From the NCBI GenBank assembly GCA_964016885.1, contig OZ024740.1, forward strand, positions 192,758,001-192,822,000: a stretch of DNA of 64,000 nt, written 5' to 3'. This document shows, piece by piece, positions 1-10,580 of this stretch; position 1 is the first letter of the stretch, and each line of letters starts with the position of its first letter. The position numbers and the translations under genes are program-made. This stretch comes from Eledone cirrhosa (Eukaryota). Under the pieces are notes generated by a model. That model was not told where the DNA came from. It searched no databases and saw nothing but the letters and a program-made list of their open reading frames with translations.

Positions 1-33
1 GGCATATTGTTGAAATAATATTGCCTGAAATAA

Positions 34-220
34 TTGTTTCTACTTTAGGCACAAGGCCAGCAATTACCCAGTGCATTACTGGTACTTTATTGTATCGACC
101 CCGTAAGAATGAAAGGCAAAGTCAACCTCGGCGGGATTTGAACTCAGATCGTAAAGGGACGTAACTATGCTGGAAAGCTTGGCGTCCGACCCTCCACCGA
201 TACTGCCAATTCACCGCCCT
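34..220 (-). mobile_element. tRNA-derived SINE (family A)
   Basis: Minus strand has A-box-like TGGCAGTATCGG, B-box GAGTTCAAATCC and an ATT tail. CCTGAAATAAT flanks both sides (TSD-like). Related copies at 15.7, 29.2, 38.3 and 59.1-59.9 kb. Confidence 0.85.
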
Positions 221-239
221 TATTTCCTGAAATAATAAC

Positions 240-1180
240 AGAACACGCTCGCTGTTTGGGTGGTTTCCGCTTCTGTATCTTTTATATTTCCATAGTTAAT
301 TTATTTGGCACTCAATGTTTATCATTGATTGACAAACGGTTAAAATTATAAATATAAATATACATATAGAGTCTATCAAAGTTCTTTCGTTGCACATCTG
401 CAACATCCTCAGTGGTACTATTATGTTCCCTCCTATTCTATTGTATTGTAATGTCTACGCCATTTTTATTTTATTTATTTATTTATTTATTCTTGTCTCC
501 TGCGCATGCGTTTGCGTTTGTGTATAATGGTTGGTGTGTGTGTTCGCGTTTGAGTGTGTTGTTGTTTTTGTATTCTATCTTTGTTTACTAGTGTCTGTTT
601 ATATGTGTTTGTTGTTATGGTATATGTGTATATATGTATTTATTTATTTATTTATTTATATTTCCCTTAAGTCAGTATTGTTTGTTTGGGTATGGTTGTT
701 GTTATTACATTCATTTTTTTCTGTTTAAGTTCATTTTTCGTATAGTACTGAACAGGTTTTATTTTTGTCCTTTTAGTTCCCCCCAGTGTTGATCTATTCT
801 TTCTCTTATTCTTCGAGCTGTCTCACCTATGTATGTCATCGTAATGTTTCTGAAAGTACCCTCTGTACGTCTTATGCTATAGACTACATTTCTAGTTTTA
901 CAGTTTATCTGGGGGTTCAATTTATATATAATACATTTCTTAGTACAGTGGGTTTCTTAAAGGGGTAAAGTATAGACCAACACTGGGGGGAAATAAAAGA
1001 CAAAAAAACAGTTCAGTACTATACGAACACACCAGTCAAAGATATGACGGTAATATAGACAACATAGAAATTAAAATAATATCTAAACATAGAAATGATT
1101 CAACAGGGAAGCAAATGAGAGAAGCAACTGAGATAGAGATAAGAAGACTAAAGTTAAACAGAAAACATGAATAGAATAAC
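240..1180 (-). mobile_element. Degenerate PLE 3' remnant with inverted segment
   Basis: 738-800 is an inverted copy of about 970-1027. A REATEIEIRRLKLNR-like GIY-YIG C-terminal remnant lies near 1120-1160 (+). Degenerate HHR at 370-419. Confidence 0.45.
370..419 (-). ncRNA. Degenerate type-I hammerhead motif
   Basis: Minus strand reads CUGAGGA, stem II GUUGCA-gaug-UGCAAC, GAAA. Stems I and III are imperfect. Confidence 0.5.
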
Positions 1181-1189
1181 AACGTGGTT

Positions 1190-1405
1190 TTTCTCACAGA
1201 TGTGAAAAAAACCACAGACCCTCCATTTCAACTCTACTTATTAAAATCAGAACTGTGAGACCGGTAAAGGAATCAAATAAATATATATATATTTTTTAAA
1301 TAAGACTCCAGTTGCATTTTCGGTTTCATCTTTTTTTCTTTATACATTCACTCGTGTAGGACACCTCGATTATTTTTCATTTTGTAAAAAGATACCCACT
1401 TTCTA
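1190..1405 (+). mobile_element. Fragment of the Neptune-type PLE pseudo-LTR
   Basis: Similar to 45985-46200. Its HHR is decayed. Confidence 0.75.
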
Positions 1406-1599
1406 ATATATATATATATATATATATATGTGTATATATATATCTATATATATATATATATATATACATACAATAGGATTTCACTTCAAGCATAGCTTTA
1501 TATAAATTGTATAGAAATTTCGTATTTCCAAAGAGACACGGTTTTAGGAAGCCGTAGTTATGCAAACACCAGGGCTAACTCCGCCTGGTGGTATCCAGT

Positions 1600-1653
1600 G
1601 GGACAACCGTATATGCATTTCAGGCCTGACTGGCCTTCTTCAGTACGTTACCC
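1600..1653 (-). ncRNA. Minimal type-I hammerhead ribozyme
   Basis: CGUA-CUGAAGA-AGGCC agtca GGCCU-GAAA-UGC-AUA|UACG. Stem III is the palindrome AUGCAU. Confidence 0.85.
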
Positions 1654-1919
1654 ACACCGTTTGCGACTGGTGGACTTGAAAACAGTCGAGAATATATAGT
1701 TTGCTCGTCTGTGTAAATGAGGTGATTAACCTCATTTGCATAGGAATCTGCATATGTTGGCTCAATTTATAATAGAAAAGAAATAGGATTTCGCTTCCAG
1801 TATAACTTTATACAAATAAGTATAGAAATTTCGTATTTCTAAAGAAACACAGTTTAAGAAGCCGTAGCTATGCAAACACAGGGGCTAACACCCTCTGGTG
1901 GTGTCTATCAGAAGCAAGG

Positions 1920-1972
1920 GGGACAACCGTCTATGCATTTCAGGCTTGACTGGCCTTCTTCAGGACGTTCCC
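1920..1972 (-). ncRNA. Minimal type-I hammerhead ribozyme
   Basis: CGUC-CUGAAGA-stem II-GAAA-UGC-AUA|GACG. Stem I shows a compensatory change relative to the 1600 copy. Confidence 0.85.
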
Positions 1973-2345
1973 TCCAACCGCTTGCGTCTGCTGGGCTTGA
2001 AAACAGTCGAGAATATATAGTTTTCTCGTGTTTGTAAATGAGAATCTCATTTGCATATGAAGCTGCATAAGTTGGCTCCACTTATAATAGAAAAGAAATA
2101 GGATTTCGCTTCAAGCATAACGTTATACAAATATGTATAGCAATTTCGTATTTCTAAAGAAACACGGCTTTCAATACATATTTGTATAAAGCTGTGCTTG
2201 AAGCGAAGTCCTATTTCTTTTCTATTATAAGTTGAGCCAACTTATGCAGCTTTATATGCAAATGAGATTAATCGCCTCATTTACACAGACTAAAAAGCTA
2301 TATATTCTCGACTGTTTTCAAGTCCATCAGTCGCAATCGGTGGGA

Positions 2346-2397
2346 GGGACCGACCTGAAGAAGGCCCGACAAGCCTGAAATGTATAGACGGTTGTCC
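2346..2397 (+). ncRNA. Minimal type-I hammerhead ribozyme (inverted unit)
   Basis: CCGAC-CUGAAGA-AGGC...GCCU-GAAA-UGU-AUA|GACGG, with one stem I mismatch. Confidence 0.75.
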
Positions 2398-2565
2398 TCT
2401 TGATTCTGCTGCACAGCACCAGAGGGTGTTAGCCCAGGTGTTCGCATAGCTAAAGCTTCCTAACACCGTGTTTCTTTAGAAATACGAAATTTGTATACCC
2501 CCCCCCCCACATAAATATATATATATCACATAAGAAACGGAGAATCAGTAGTGCGAGGAATAAAA

Positions 2566-2785
2566 TGTATTAAACATATTACACTCGTTTCTCTGGCGAC
2601 CCGCTCGAGGCATGATCGATGCAATGATCGAACCCGACTCTGAAATCGCAAGGTCCTCTCATAGGTCTTGATTCTTCGAAGCAGAGTATCGCAAGGACCT
2701 TGCGATTTCAGAGTCAGGTTCGATCATTGCATCGATTGTGCCTCGAGCTGGTCGCCAGAGAAAGGATTGTAATATATCTAATAAA
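2566..2785. repeat. Fold-back inverted repeat (about 100-bp arms)
   Basis: CTCTGGCGACC...CGCAAGGTCCT pairs with AGGACCTTGCG...GGTCGCCAGAG around a spacer of about 27 bp. Confidence 0.85.
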
Positions 2786-2789
2786 TTGA

Positions 2790-5700
2790 TAGGTTTTTAG
2801 AGAAGTAATTTGGTTGGTTGGTGAATAATTATAATAAATTTCGCGCCAGTTCGCGTTACAAAGTTCTTATAATATTTGCCTTAAAAAAAGAGGGGTCTCA
2901 GGTTTTTTTTCATATATGAGTGAAGTTTGGTTGGTTGATGCAGTCGCGTGAATAATCACATTAGCTTTCGCACTAGTTTGTGTTTGAATTTCTTTTTACT
3001 TACAAAAAAGGTGGCTCACGAAGGCTTTTTTTTTATAAATGTAATTTGATTGGTTATAAATAACATTATGACTGTCACGTGAAAAAGTACATTAAATTCC
3101 ACGCCCGTATTTGGGAATTTATTTTGTAGCCTTTTTGAGAATTGTGTGCCAAACAAAAGATAATGGTCAAGAAAAACGGGATAGGGAGAATTGTTCTGGT
3201 TCAGTGAATATGGCTGGTGTGTCAAAATTCAGACTTTCATTGAAATAAAGAAAGTAGAGATATGTATGTTTATTTGTGTGCTGGTGTTTGTGTGTGTGTG
3301 TGTAGGAAGATGATTCTATTAGTAGAAATGGGGGAGGAAGATAGTGTGAGAGTGTGTGTGGGAGTATGGTTAGCATGTTAAGATGGAGAGAATACTTATA
3401 TTTTGTGTGTGTAGGAAAATGATTCCGTTAGTAGAAATGAGGGAGGGAGTTATGTGTGTGTGGGTGGGGGTGGGGGGGGGGGGGGGGGGGGTAGCATGTT
3501 AAGGTCTGAGAGTATTAACATATGTTAAGGTTTATATAGTTCTGATTTTTATTTTCTAAAATAGTAGGTGTTATGTGTGTGTGTATGTATGTGTCTGTTT
3601 GCATGGTTAGCATGTTATGGTGTTGACATAATGTATATTAAACTATAATTAATGCTGGTCTATATTTTTGAATAAACATATTTTCCTTATTTATTCATAT
3701 TTGTTCTGGTGTATTGTCAGCGCAAAGCTAAAATGGTAAGACTTGGAATGTGGGTGTCTTATTTATTGTGCATATGTCTAGATGTGCACTGTGGTATTTG
3801 CCTTGTGGTAGGATCTCGTAATTAAGGCGATGAACTGTCATTCTGTTTCTGAGTGTGAGCTTAGTTTGTCCTATATAATCTTCATTGCATCTTTTACATT
3901 TAATGGCATGAAGTAGATTTTTTGATGACAAGTGAAGTGATATTTTACAGCAAAATGTTGTCCTGGTTGAAATGTATACGTGTTGCCTTCAATGGGGTGA
4001 GTGCAGGTTCCACAAATAGAGCGACTACATTTTTTGACAGTTGGTTGTGGGTTGGTGGTAGGTAATTTGGCATTGGTGAGTAATGTTTTTAGTGATTTCG
4101 GTTGTCTTTTGCTTTTGATTATTTTGTGTGTTTCAAGGTTTTTTTTTCATTATTGGGTCTTGATTCAGTAGTGGGATGTTCTTGTGAATAGTGTTGTAAG
4201 CTTCCGCATTTCTTGGGTTGTGTGTTGAGATATGTGATACAATATTGGACGTACCTTGAATTTGTTTCTGTTCTCGTAATTCATCAATGCCTATTGCTTT
4301 ACTCCTTTCTATTCCATTATTTATTAGTAATCGTGGGTACTGTCATTCGAGTAGAATTTCCTTTAATTGTTGAAGTCTTTTATTTTGCGTTTCATAGTTG
4401 GAGACAATTGTGCAAATTCTTCTTGCCAGGTTAAAAGGGATGTTCGTCTTCGTGTGATTTGGGTGTTTGGAGGTGAATAGCATGTATTGTTTGGAATCGT
4501 TTGGTTTGTAGTGTATGTCAGTTTCAATATGTGTCTTTTTTTATGATTAAGATGTCCAGAAATGGGAGTTGAGCTTGGCTGTATTCCATTGGGAATTGAT
4601 GTGGTTATTGATGCCGTTAATTACATCATTTAGTTGGTTGAGTGTGTGAGACCGAAGAATTAGACAATCATCCAAGTAGCGTTTCCAATTCTCTGATAAA
4701 TATTTGGGGAAGTTCAATGCGTATTTTGATTTGGACTGTTCATATATCTGGACTTCCAAGTATGCCATGACTAAGTTGGCATACGTTGGAGCGACTTTTG
4801 TACCTATCGCAGTCCCCGATATTTGCTTGTAAGTACTGCCATCGAAATAAAAAATGTTGTTCTGTAAAATACAATATAATCCTTCGGTGATGAAGCTTTT
4901 TTCTATTCTGCCAGGTATCTCATTGGGATATTTCTCTAGCCAGAATCCTATTGCTTCTAGCCCGTATTGTTGTGGGATCTACATGGAAAGACACAATAAT
5001 AGTGTCGTTGTTGACATGGTTGTGGAGGTGGTATCAGAGGTCCAGATCATCCATTACAAGGCTTGGTATGTATATGAGAATTGGTTTTAGTAGTATGTCT
5101 ATAAAGTTGCTTAGTCTGTGTGTTTCACATTGTGGGCCCGCATACAATATGTCTTAATTTAAGCTATGTGGGGTATTGTGTCTTCACGCAGGTTGAGGTG
5201 GTTGTTTATAGGCATCGTTAATTATTTTACACTTGTGGATCTTCGGAAGTCCGTAAAGGTTGCTGGTGTTGTATTCAAAATGTGTTAAATAATCGCGTTC
5301 CTTTTTAGTTAAGTCTTCGTGGTATCGACAAATGAATGTGTTTAATCTGGTCATTGTTTTTGATTGATCGTAGTGTTTTACTCTTTCATATTAGTTAGTA
5401 TCTTGTAATAGAGAGAACATAGAATTGTTATATCGTTCAGCATCCATAATGACGACAGTACTTCCCTTGACCGCTTTTTTAATTATAATGTTAGTATTAG
5501 TTCATGGATAATCTCTCATTCCCTTTCGACTCGTGTTCGGTTTGGGTTTAGGTTGCGGTATGGGAAAGTTGTTATGTGGTCACAAAATGTTCCAGATCTC
5601 TTTTCCTACTCTTTGTTGGGTTGTAGCTACATTTATTCCGTACAATTGATTAGTTGTTATTCTCCTTGTCAAAAAATTCCTCTGTGAGACGTAATTTGTT

Positions 5701-5880
5701 ACACAAGTGTGAGATATCGTCATTTATCTCAATGTGGTTAGAGTATTGCGGTATTGGTGTGAATTTCAGTCCTTTGGAGAGAATTTTAATTTATTGGGTT
5801 GAGATGATTGTATTTGAAAGATTGATTGTTTTCGGGTTTTTTAAATCGGTTTGTACCACCAGGTGTCATTGGTCCTGTAG
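2790..5880 (-). mobile_element. 5'-truncated, degraded Neptune-type PLE (RT + GIY-YIG)
   Basis: ORF pieces WKRYLDDCLIL (RT) and HAIKCKRCNEDYIGQT (GIY-YIG). Colinear with 40.4-43.8 kb. Confidence 0.92.
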
Positions 5881-5895
5881 ACTTATATATCTATA

Positions 5896-5934
<39 letters not shown>

Positions 5935-5935
<1 letters not shown>

Positions 5936-6298
5936 CATAACCTTGATCACCTTGACCTACCAGAGTGCCGGGCGCCATTCAGTGCCGCTGGTGACAGCAC
6001 GTGCTGCTTTAGCCATATGACGACGCCATCCCACCGGCTGGGCGGGCAGGCCGTAAGTTTAAAGCCTGTCTTAAGCGAGAAGGCTCATTTGGCCGCTGCT
6101 TATCCCGATTTCATGGTGTGAAGACTCCTCCCTGGACAGGATGCCAGTCCATCGCAGGGTTAAACCTCAAATAAACTGGAGCAACGTGAAATAAAGTGTC
6201 TTGATAAAGGAAACAACACATCACCCGGTCCGAGAATTGAACTGACAACCTTTCGATTGCAAGCCTACTGCTCTAATCACTAAGCAATGCGCCTTCAC
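5935..6298 (-). mobile_element. tRNA-derived SINE (family B)
   Basis: Minus-strand head GTGAAGGCGCATTGCTTAGTGATTAGAGC...CAGTTCAATTCTCGG carries A/B-box-like motifs. Confidence 0.7.
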
Positions 6299-6299
6299 T

Positions 6300-6399
<100 letters not shown>

Positions 6400-6446
6400 A
6401 ATTAATAATAACAGGTAGACATCATAAAAAGGTAATTTATTCCGTG

Positions 6447-6558
6447 TGCTTACGAATGTTTCCACGGTGGTAATACAGCCTAGTTATGCTATGTGCAAAT
6501 TTACAACTATTTGCAGGACTCAAATATCAAATGCTGTGACCACTGTATCCTCAGAGCA
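6447..6558 (-). ncRNA. Type-I hammerhead with long stem II, in a PLE-like 3' fragment (6397-6780)
   Basis: UGCU-CUGAGGA-UACAGUGGU...ACCACCGUG-GAAAC-AUUC-GUA|AGCA. Confidence 0.75.
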
Positions 6559-6781
6559 GAATGGTTAAAATGTACAATGTAAATACCCTTAAGTGAGGTT
6601 ATTGGAGAAGATAGAGTAGAAAAGGAAGAGAGAAAAGTAGGGGAGAGAGGGAGAAAATATGCAGGGGTTGGAGAAATAGGAGAGAGTGGTTTGTAGATAT
6701 CTTAAACAAAATGTTATGGTAGGGGTTTTATTATACTGGTTACTTTTAGAAAGATGCGTTGATAGTCGAGGTTGGAATTAT

Positions 6782-6836
<55 letters not shown>

Positions 6837-6893
6837 TCCAAATAAATCCATTTCTCTATATATTAAGAACTATTTCAAGAGTAACTTACTCAC

Positions 6894-6952
6894 TATTTTG
6901 AAAATTTGGACTGTGAACAAGGTTGCACTTACCAATGAAACGATCGTAAATA
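6894..6952 (+). ncRNA. Hammerhead, U3:A8 core variant (5' pseudo-LTR)
   Basis: UAUU-UUGAAAA-uUUGG...CCAAu-GAAAC-GAUC-GUA|AAUA. Confidence 0.7.
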
Positions 6953-7183
6953 CCTAGATAAAATCATTCTCTTAATGCTTACCTGTGTTTTCTCTTTTAT
7001 ACTTTATACTCCTAGATTGAACGGAATTATTACAAACTTGTGGAGTTACCCCTAACCATACGTTGAAACCATACATGAAACTGGCTTTCTTAACTACGAA
7101 CTGGATCACAAAAAGCAATTTTCTGCTTCCCTAACTACAGGCTCTTCATCGCTCGAGCAACCACCTAAACATACGGTACTACT

Positions 7184-9560
7184 ATGGAAAATCATTACAT
7201 AGGTATGTCCCTAAAGAACATTCCTATACCTCTGAGAATAATATCCTCGGGATGATACAGAGAACAAACAAATTTATACGTAGAGTTAGATGGAAAACTT
7301 TCCATTTCGACAAAGGACGTAATGGTCTAACCGTGGAATACAACAAGGAGACATACGGCTTCAAATCGTTTAAGAACCCACCTACCAACCCTCAACTGGA
7401 TGCCTTTGAACAGGACTTACTGAAGATGATTATGAATATCAAATTCAAAATGCGGAAGAATAATAAACTCCAGAATGACATAAATACATTCCTAAAAAAG
7501 CTGCGAACCACCAATGGAATTATTGTCAAAGCGGACAAAACCTCAAATGTGTATACGATGGATGTTAATACATACAATAGCTTCAGACGGAAAGAATTAC
7601 ATAGGAAATACAAAAAAAATCTAATGAGGCGGCACTGATAAACATCAACAACGAGGCACACAATATAGTCAAACACCTAGGAATAGACGACAGAACGGAG
7701 CCACTTAGGCCATGTACCCCCACATTTAATCTCGAGGACCACAAGGTGAATTTTGATTATAACCCCACAATTAGATTTATATGCCCGTCCAAATCGGACA
7801 TCAGGAAAATTAGTAAACATATATTAGACAGAGTGATAGTACAAATGAAGAATAAACTGGTGATTAAGCTATGGGGTAACGCTACCGAAACAGTTAAGGC
7901 GTTTAACAATATAGCTAACAAAAAAGTATCTAAATTTATACAATTTGACATTAACGACTATTACTCCTCTATATCCCCCAACACCTTGGATAAAGCCTTA
8001 GCATTCGCCAAAGCCAATTCTGACCTAACAGACGACGAGATAAAAATCATATTAGCTGCTAGGAAAACAATAATTAAATTTGAAAACGCCTATTGGGAAA
8101 GTAAGGATAGATTAAAAAACTTTGACATCACGATGGGGGCTAACGACTCGGCTCAAGTCACAGATTTAGTAGGTATTTACATAGCCCATAGTTTACAAAG
8201 TGAGTTTAGCGACATTCACGGCGGAATCTACAGAGACGACGCCCTTCTCCTAGTTAAGAACCTAAATAACCAGAACATAGAAAGGCTCCGTAAGAATATT
8301 AGAAAGACTCTCGGGAAACTAGGCCTTAGCATAACGCATGAGTATAGCACTAAAACAGTTAACTGTCTAGACGCGACTCTTAACCTAAATACGGGACTTA
8401 TAAGACCTTTTCATAAGATTAATGAAAACTTAGCATACATCAACTGTAACTCAAACCACCCACTATCCATAATTAAATCCATTCCAGACAGCATATCCCT
8501 TAAGATCTCCCGCCTCTCGTCTAACCGACAAATCTTCGAAGAACATGCAAAATACTACAATACCACATTAGACAAGGCAAGCCACTTAGATAGAGTAGAA
8601 TATATAGATGAAAACCTCCGTAAAACGCACACGGACACGCATAACACAAACTCCTGAAACACACGCATACACGCACTTACGCATAGAAGTACAAAGTATA
8701 CGGTAAATAGAAATACAACATCGAAATCAAACAAGTCACGCAGTAGAAAATATATTTGGTATAACCCCATATTTAACACCTGTATTAGTACTAACCTACC
8801 CTCTACCTTCTTTATAATAATAAATAAGCACTTTCCAGATTCACATAGATACAGCAAAATCCTTAACACTAAATCTATTAGACTATCTTACTCCACGGCA
8901 CCAAATATGGAGGCACACATTAAGATGCTTAACGCTAAAAAGATACATAACAACACCAGAACAAAAATGTACAACAATAACAATACAATCACCATTGAAC
9001 ACAACAGAATATCTAATACACAACCACCCACTAATAGGCACACAAAACGTAACACACTTGTACAGGCATCGCAGCCCACCAATAATGCCAAGGTTGCTCA
9101 TGATAAGAATTGTAACTGCCACCTACCTGAAACCTGTCCATTATATAATGAATGTACGCAGTCTAACCTGGTTTACCAATGCACAGTGGAATCAGACAAC
9201 CAGAAATGGTATTACATCGGCGCGACTGGGAATACATTTAAAGACCGTTGGTATACACACCGTTACGCAATGAAACATTCCCAGCTTCGTTATGTAACTA
9301 CCCTTGCAAACAAGACCTGGCAACTGTGGGAAAGTAAGCATCAATACACCCTGAAGTGGAACACATTATCGAACGCGCCCCCATATCGGAGTGGCATGAG
9401 AAACTGTCGATTATGCGACCTTGAGCTGTTCCACATTTAGAGATCGAAGAATAAGTTACTCAACAATAAATCGAAAGATCAATTTATTGTAACCATAGAC
9501 TCAAAGAGAAGTTTTCGCACTACAAGTGCAAATCGAACCTTAACCTCTTACTACCAACTG
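7184..9560 (+). pseudogene. PLE RT-GIY-YIG polyprotein, frameshifted
   Basis: Motifs SLKNIPIP, IVKADKT, FIQFDINDYY, ITMGANDSAQ, IYRDDAL, CNCx5CPLYNEC, LVYQC...YYIGAT and CRLC are spread over ORFs 7252, 7746 and 8907. Confidence 0.92.
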
Positions 9561-10107
9561 ACAAACTGCATATACTTAGACTTTATACCGTCTTGTTGTA
9601 TCTAAACCCTTTTAATTACCCACAAAAACCAATACCTATTCCCCCTCCTTCTCCTTCATTCCTCTTCTATTTCTTCGTTTTCTTCCTTCCTTCCCTCCCC
9701 TTTTTGACTATCTTTTCTTTTCTTCTTTCTCCCACTTCTTTGCTTTTATTTTTGTCATTATTATCTTTATCTTTATTTTTTATATATATATTTATCTCTT
9801 CATATCCCCCCCCCCTCTCTCTCTATCCATCCCTCCTACTATGATCAATTTAATTCTATTTAACTCACTACATTCCACGACATGAAGTCTACATATCAAA
9901 ACTGATCAAGGAATCCTTCCACCTCTACCCCTCCCTCCATCTCAGTTTGTCACACTACATCCTAACTCTTCCCCCTTCCTCTCTCTCTATACTATTCCGT
10001 TTGTTCCCCCCACCTTCTGATTCCTCTCTCTCTATACTAGTAAATACAATTCCAAATAAATGTTTTTCTCTATATATTAAGAATTATTTCAAGAGTAACT
10101 TACTCGC

Positions 10108-10209
10108 TATTTTGAAAATTTGGACTGTGAACAACAATTGTAATTGAGTGGCTGCTATTTGCAGTATAGCAACATAAGGTTGCACTTACCAATGAAACGG
10201 TCGTAAATA
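10108..10209 (+). ncRNA. Hammerhead, U3:A8 core variant (3' pseudo-LTR, longer stem II)
   Basis: Same core and stems as the 6894 copy, with about 43 nt more inside stem II; ends GAAAC-GGUC-GUA|AAUA. Confidence 0.7.
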
Positions 10210-10394
10210 CCTGGATAAAATCCTTCTCTTACTGCTTACCTGTATTTTATATTTTATACTTTATACTCCAAGATTGAACGGAATTATTACAAACTTGTGG
10301 AGTTACACCTAACCGTACGTTGAAACCATCCATGAAACTGGCTTTCTTAACTACGAACTGGATCACAAAAAGCAATTTTCTGCTTCCCTAACTC

Positions 10395-10471
<77 letters not shown>

Positions 10472-10513
10472 TTCATAATATTTAAAAAAAATAGATATTA
10501 TTGTGATCAAGTA

Positions 10514-10580
10514 TATTTCATTATACATATTTCAGAGGTACTGAGTTAACTTCAACAGTACGTCCTCATCAGATGAAATA
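10514..10580 (-). ncRNA. Minimal type-I hammerhead ribozyme
   Basis: UAUUUCAU-CUGAUGA-GGacGUACUG...CAGUACCUCU-GAAA-UAUGU-AUA|AUGAAAUA, with a perfect 8-bp stem I. Confidence 0.85.

Larger units (their letters stand above)
1472..2497 (-). mobile_element. Non-coding HHR tandem repeat (retrozyme-like): about 2.2 direct units of 310-320 bp plus one inverted unit
   Basis: Units start AATAGGATTTC at 1472, 1782 and 2097. An inverted copy spans about 2172-2497. Each complete unit has one HHR. No ORF; adjacent to (TA)n. Confidence 0.85.
6831..10393 (+). mobile_element. Near full-length PLE (YRDD, CxC linker; probably Hydra clade) with direct pseudo-LTRs
   Basis: Direct repeats at 6831-7135 and 10044-10393. 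Flanked by (TA)n/(TC)n. Encodes an RT plus C-terminal GIY-YIG ORF. Confidence 0.92.

Noticed and set aside
34-220. tRNA genes at SINE heads
   Set aside because: Only A/B boxes are present, with no cloverleaf; they are multi-copy with TSDs.
1472-2497. CRISPR-like or plain satellite interpretation of the repeats
   Set aside because: The context is eukaryotic, there are no unique spacers or cas genes, and the units are about 315 bp and carry HHRs.
7184-9560. Selenocysteine-recoding (Naiad-type) PLE
   Set aside because: The endonuclease is C-terminal, and the breaks look like frameshifts rather than TGA codons at Cys positions.
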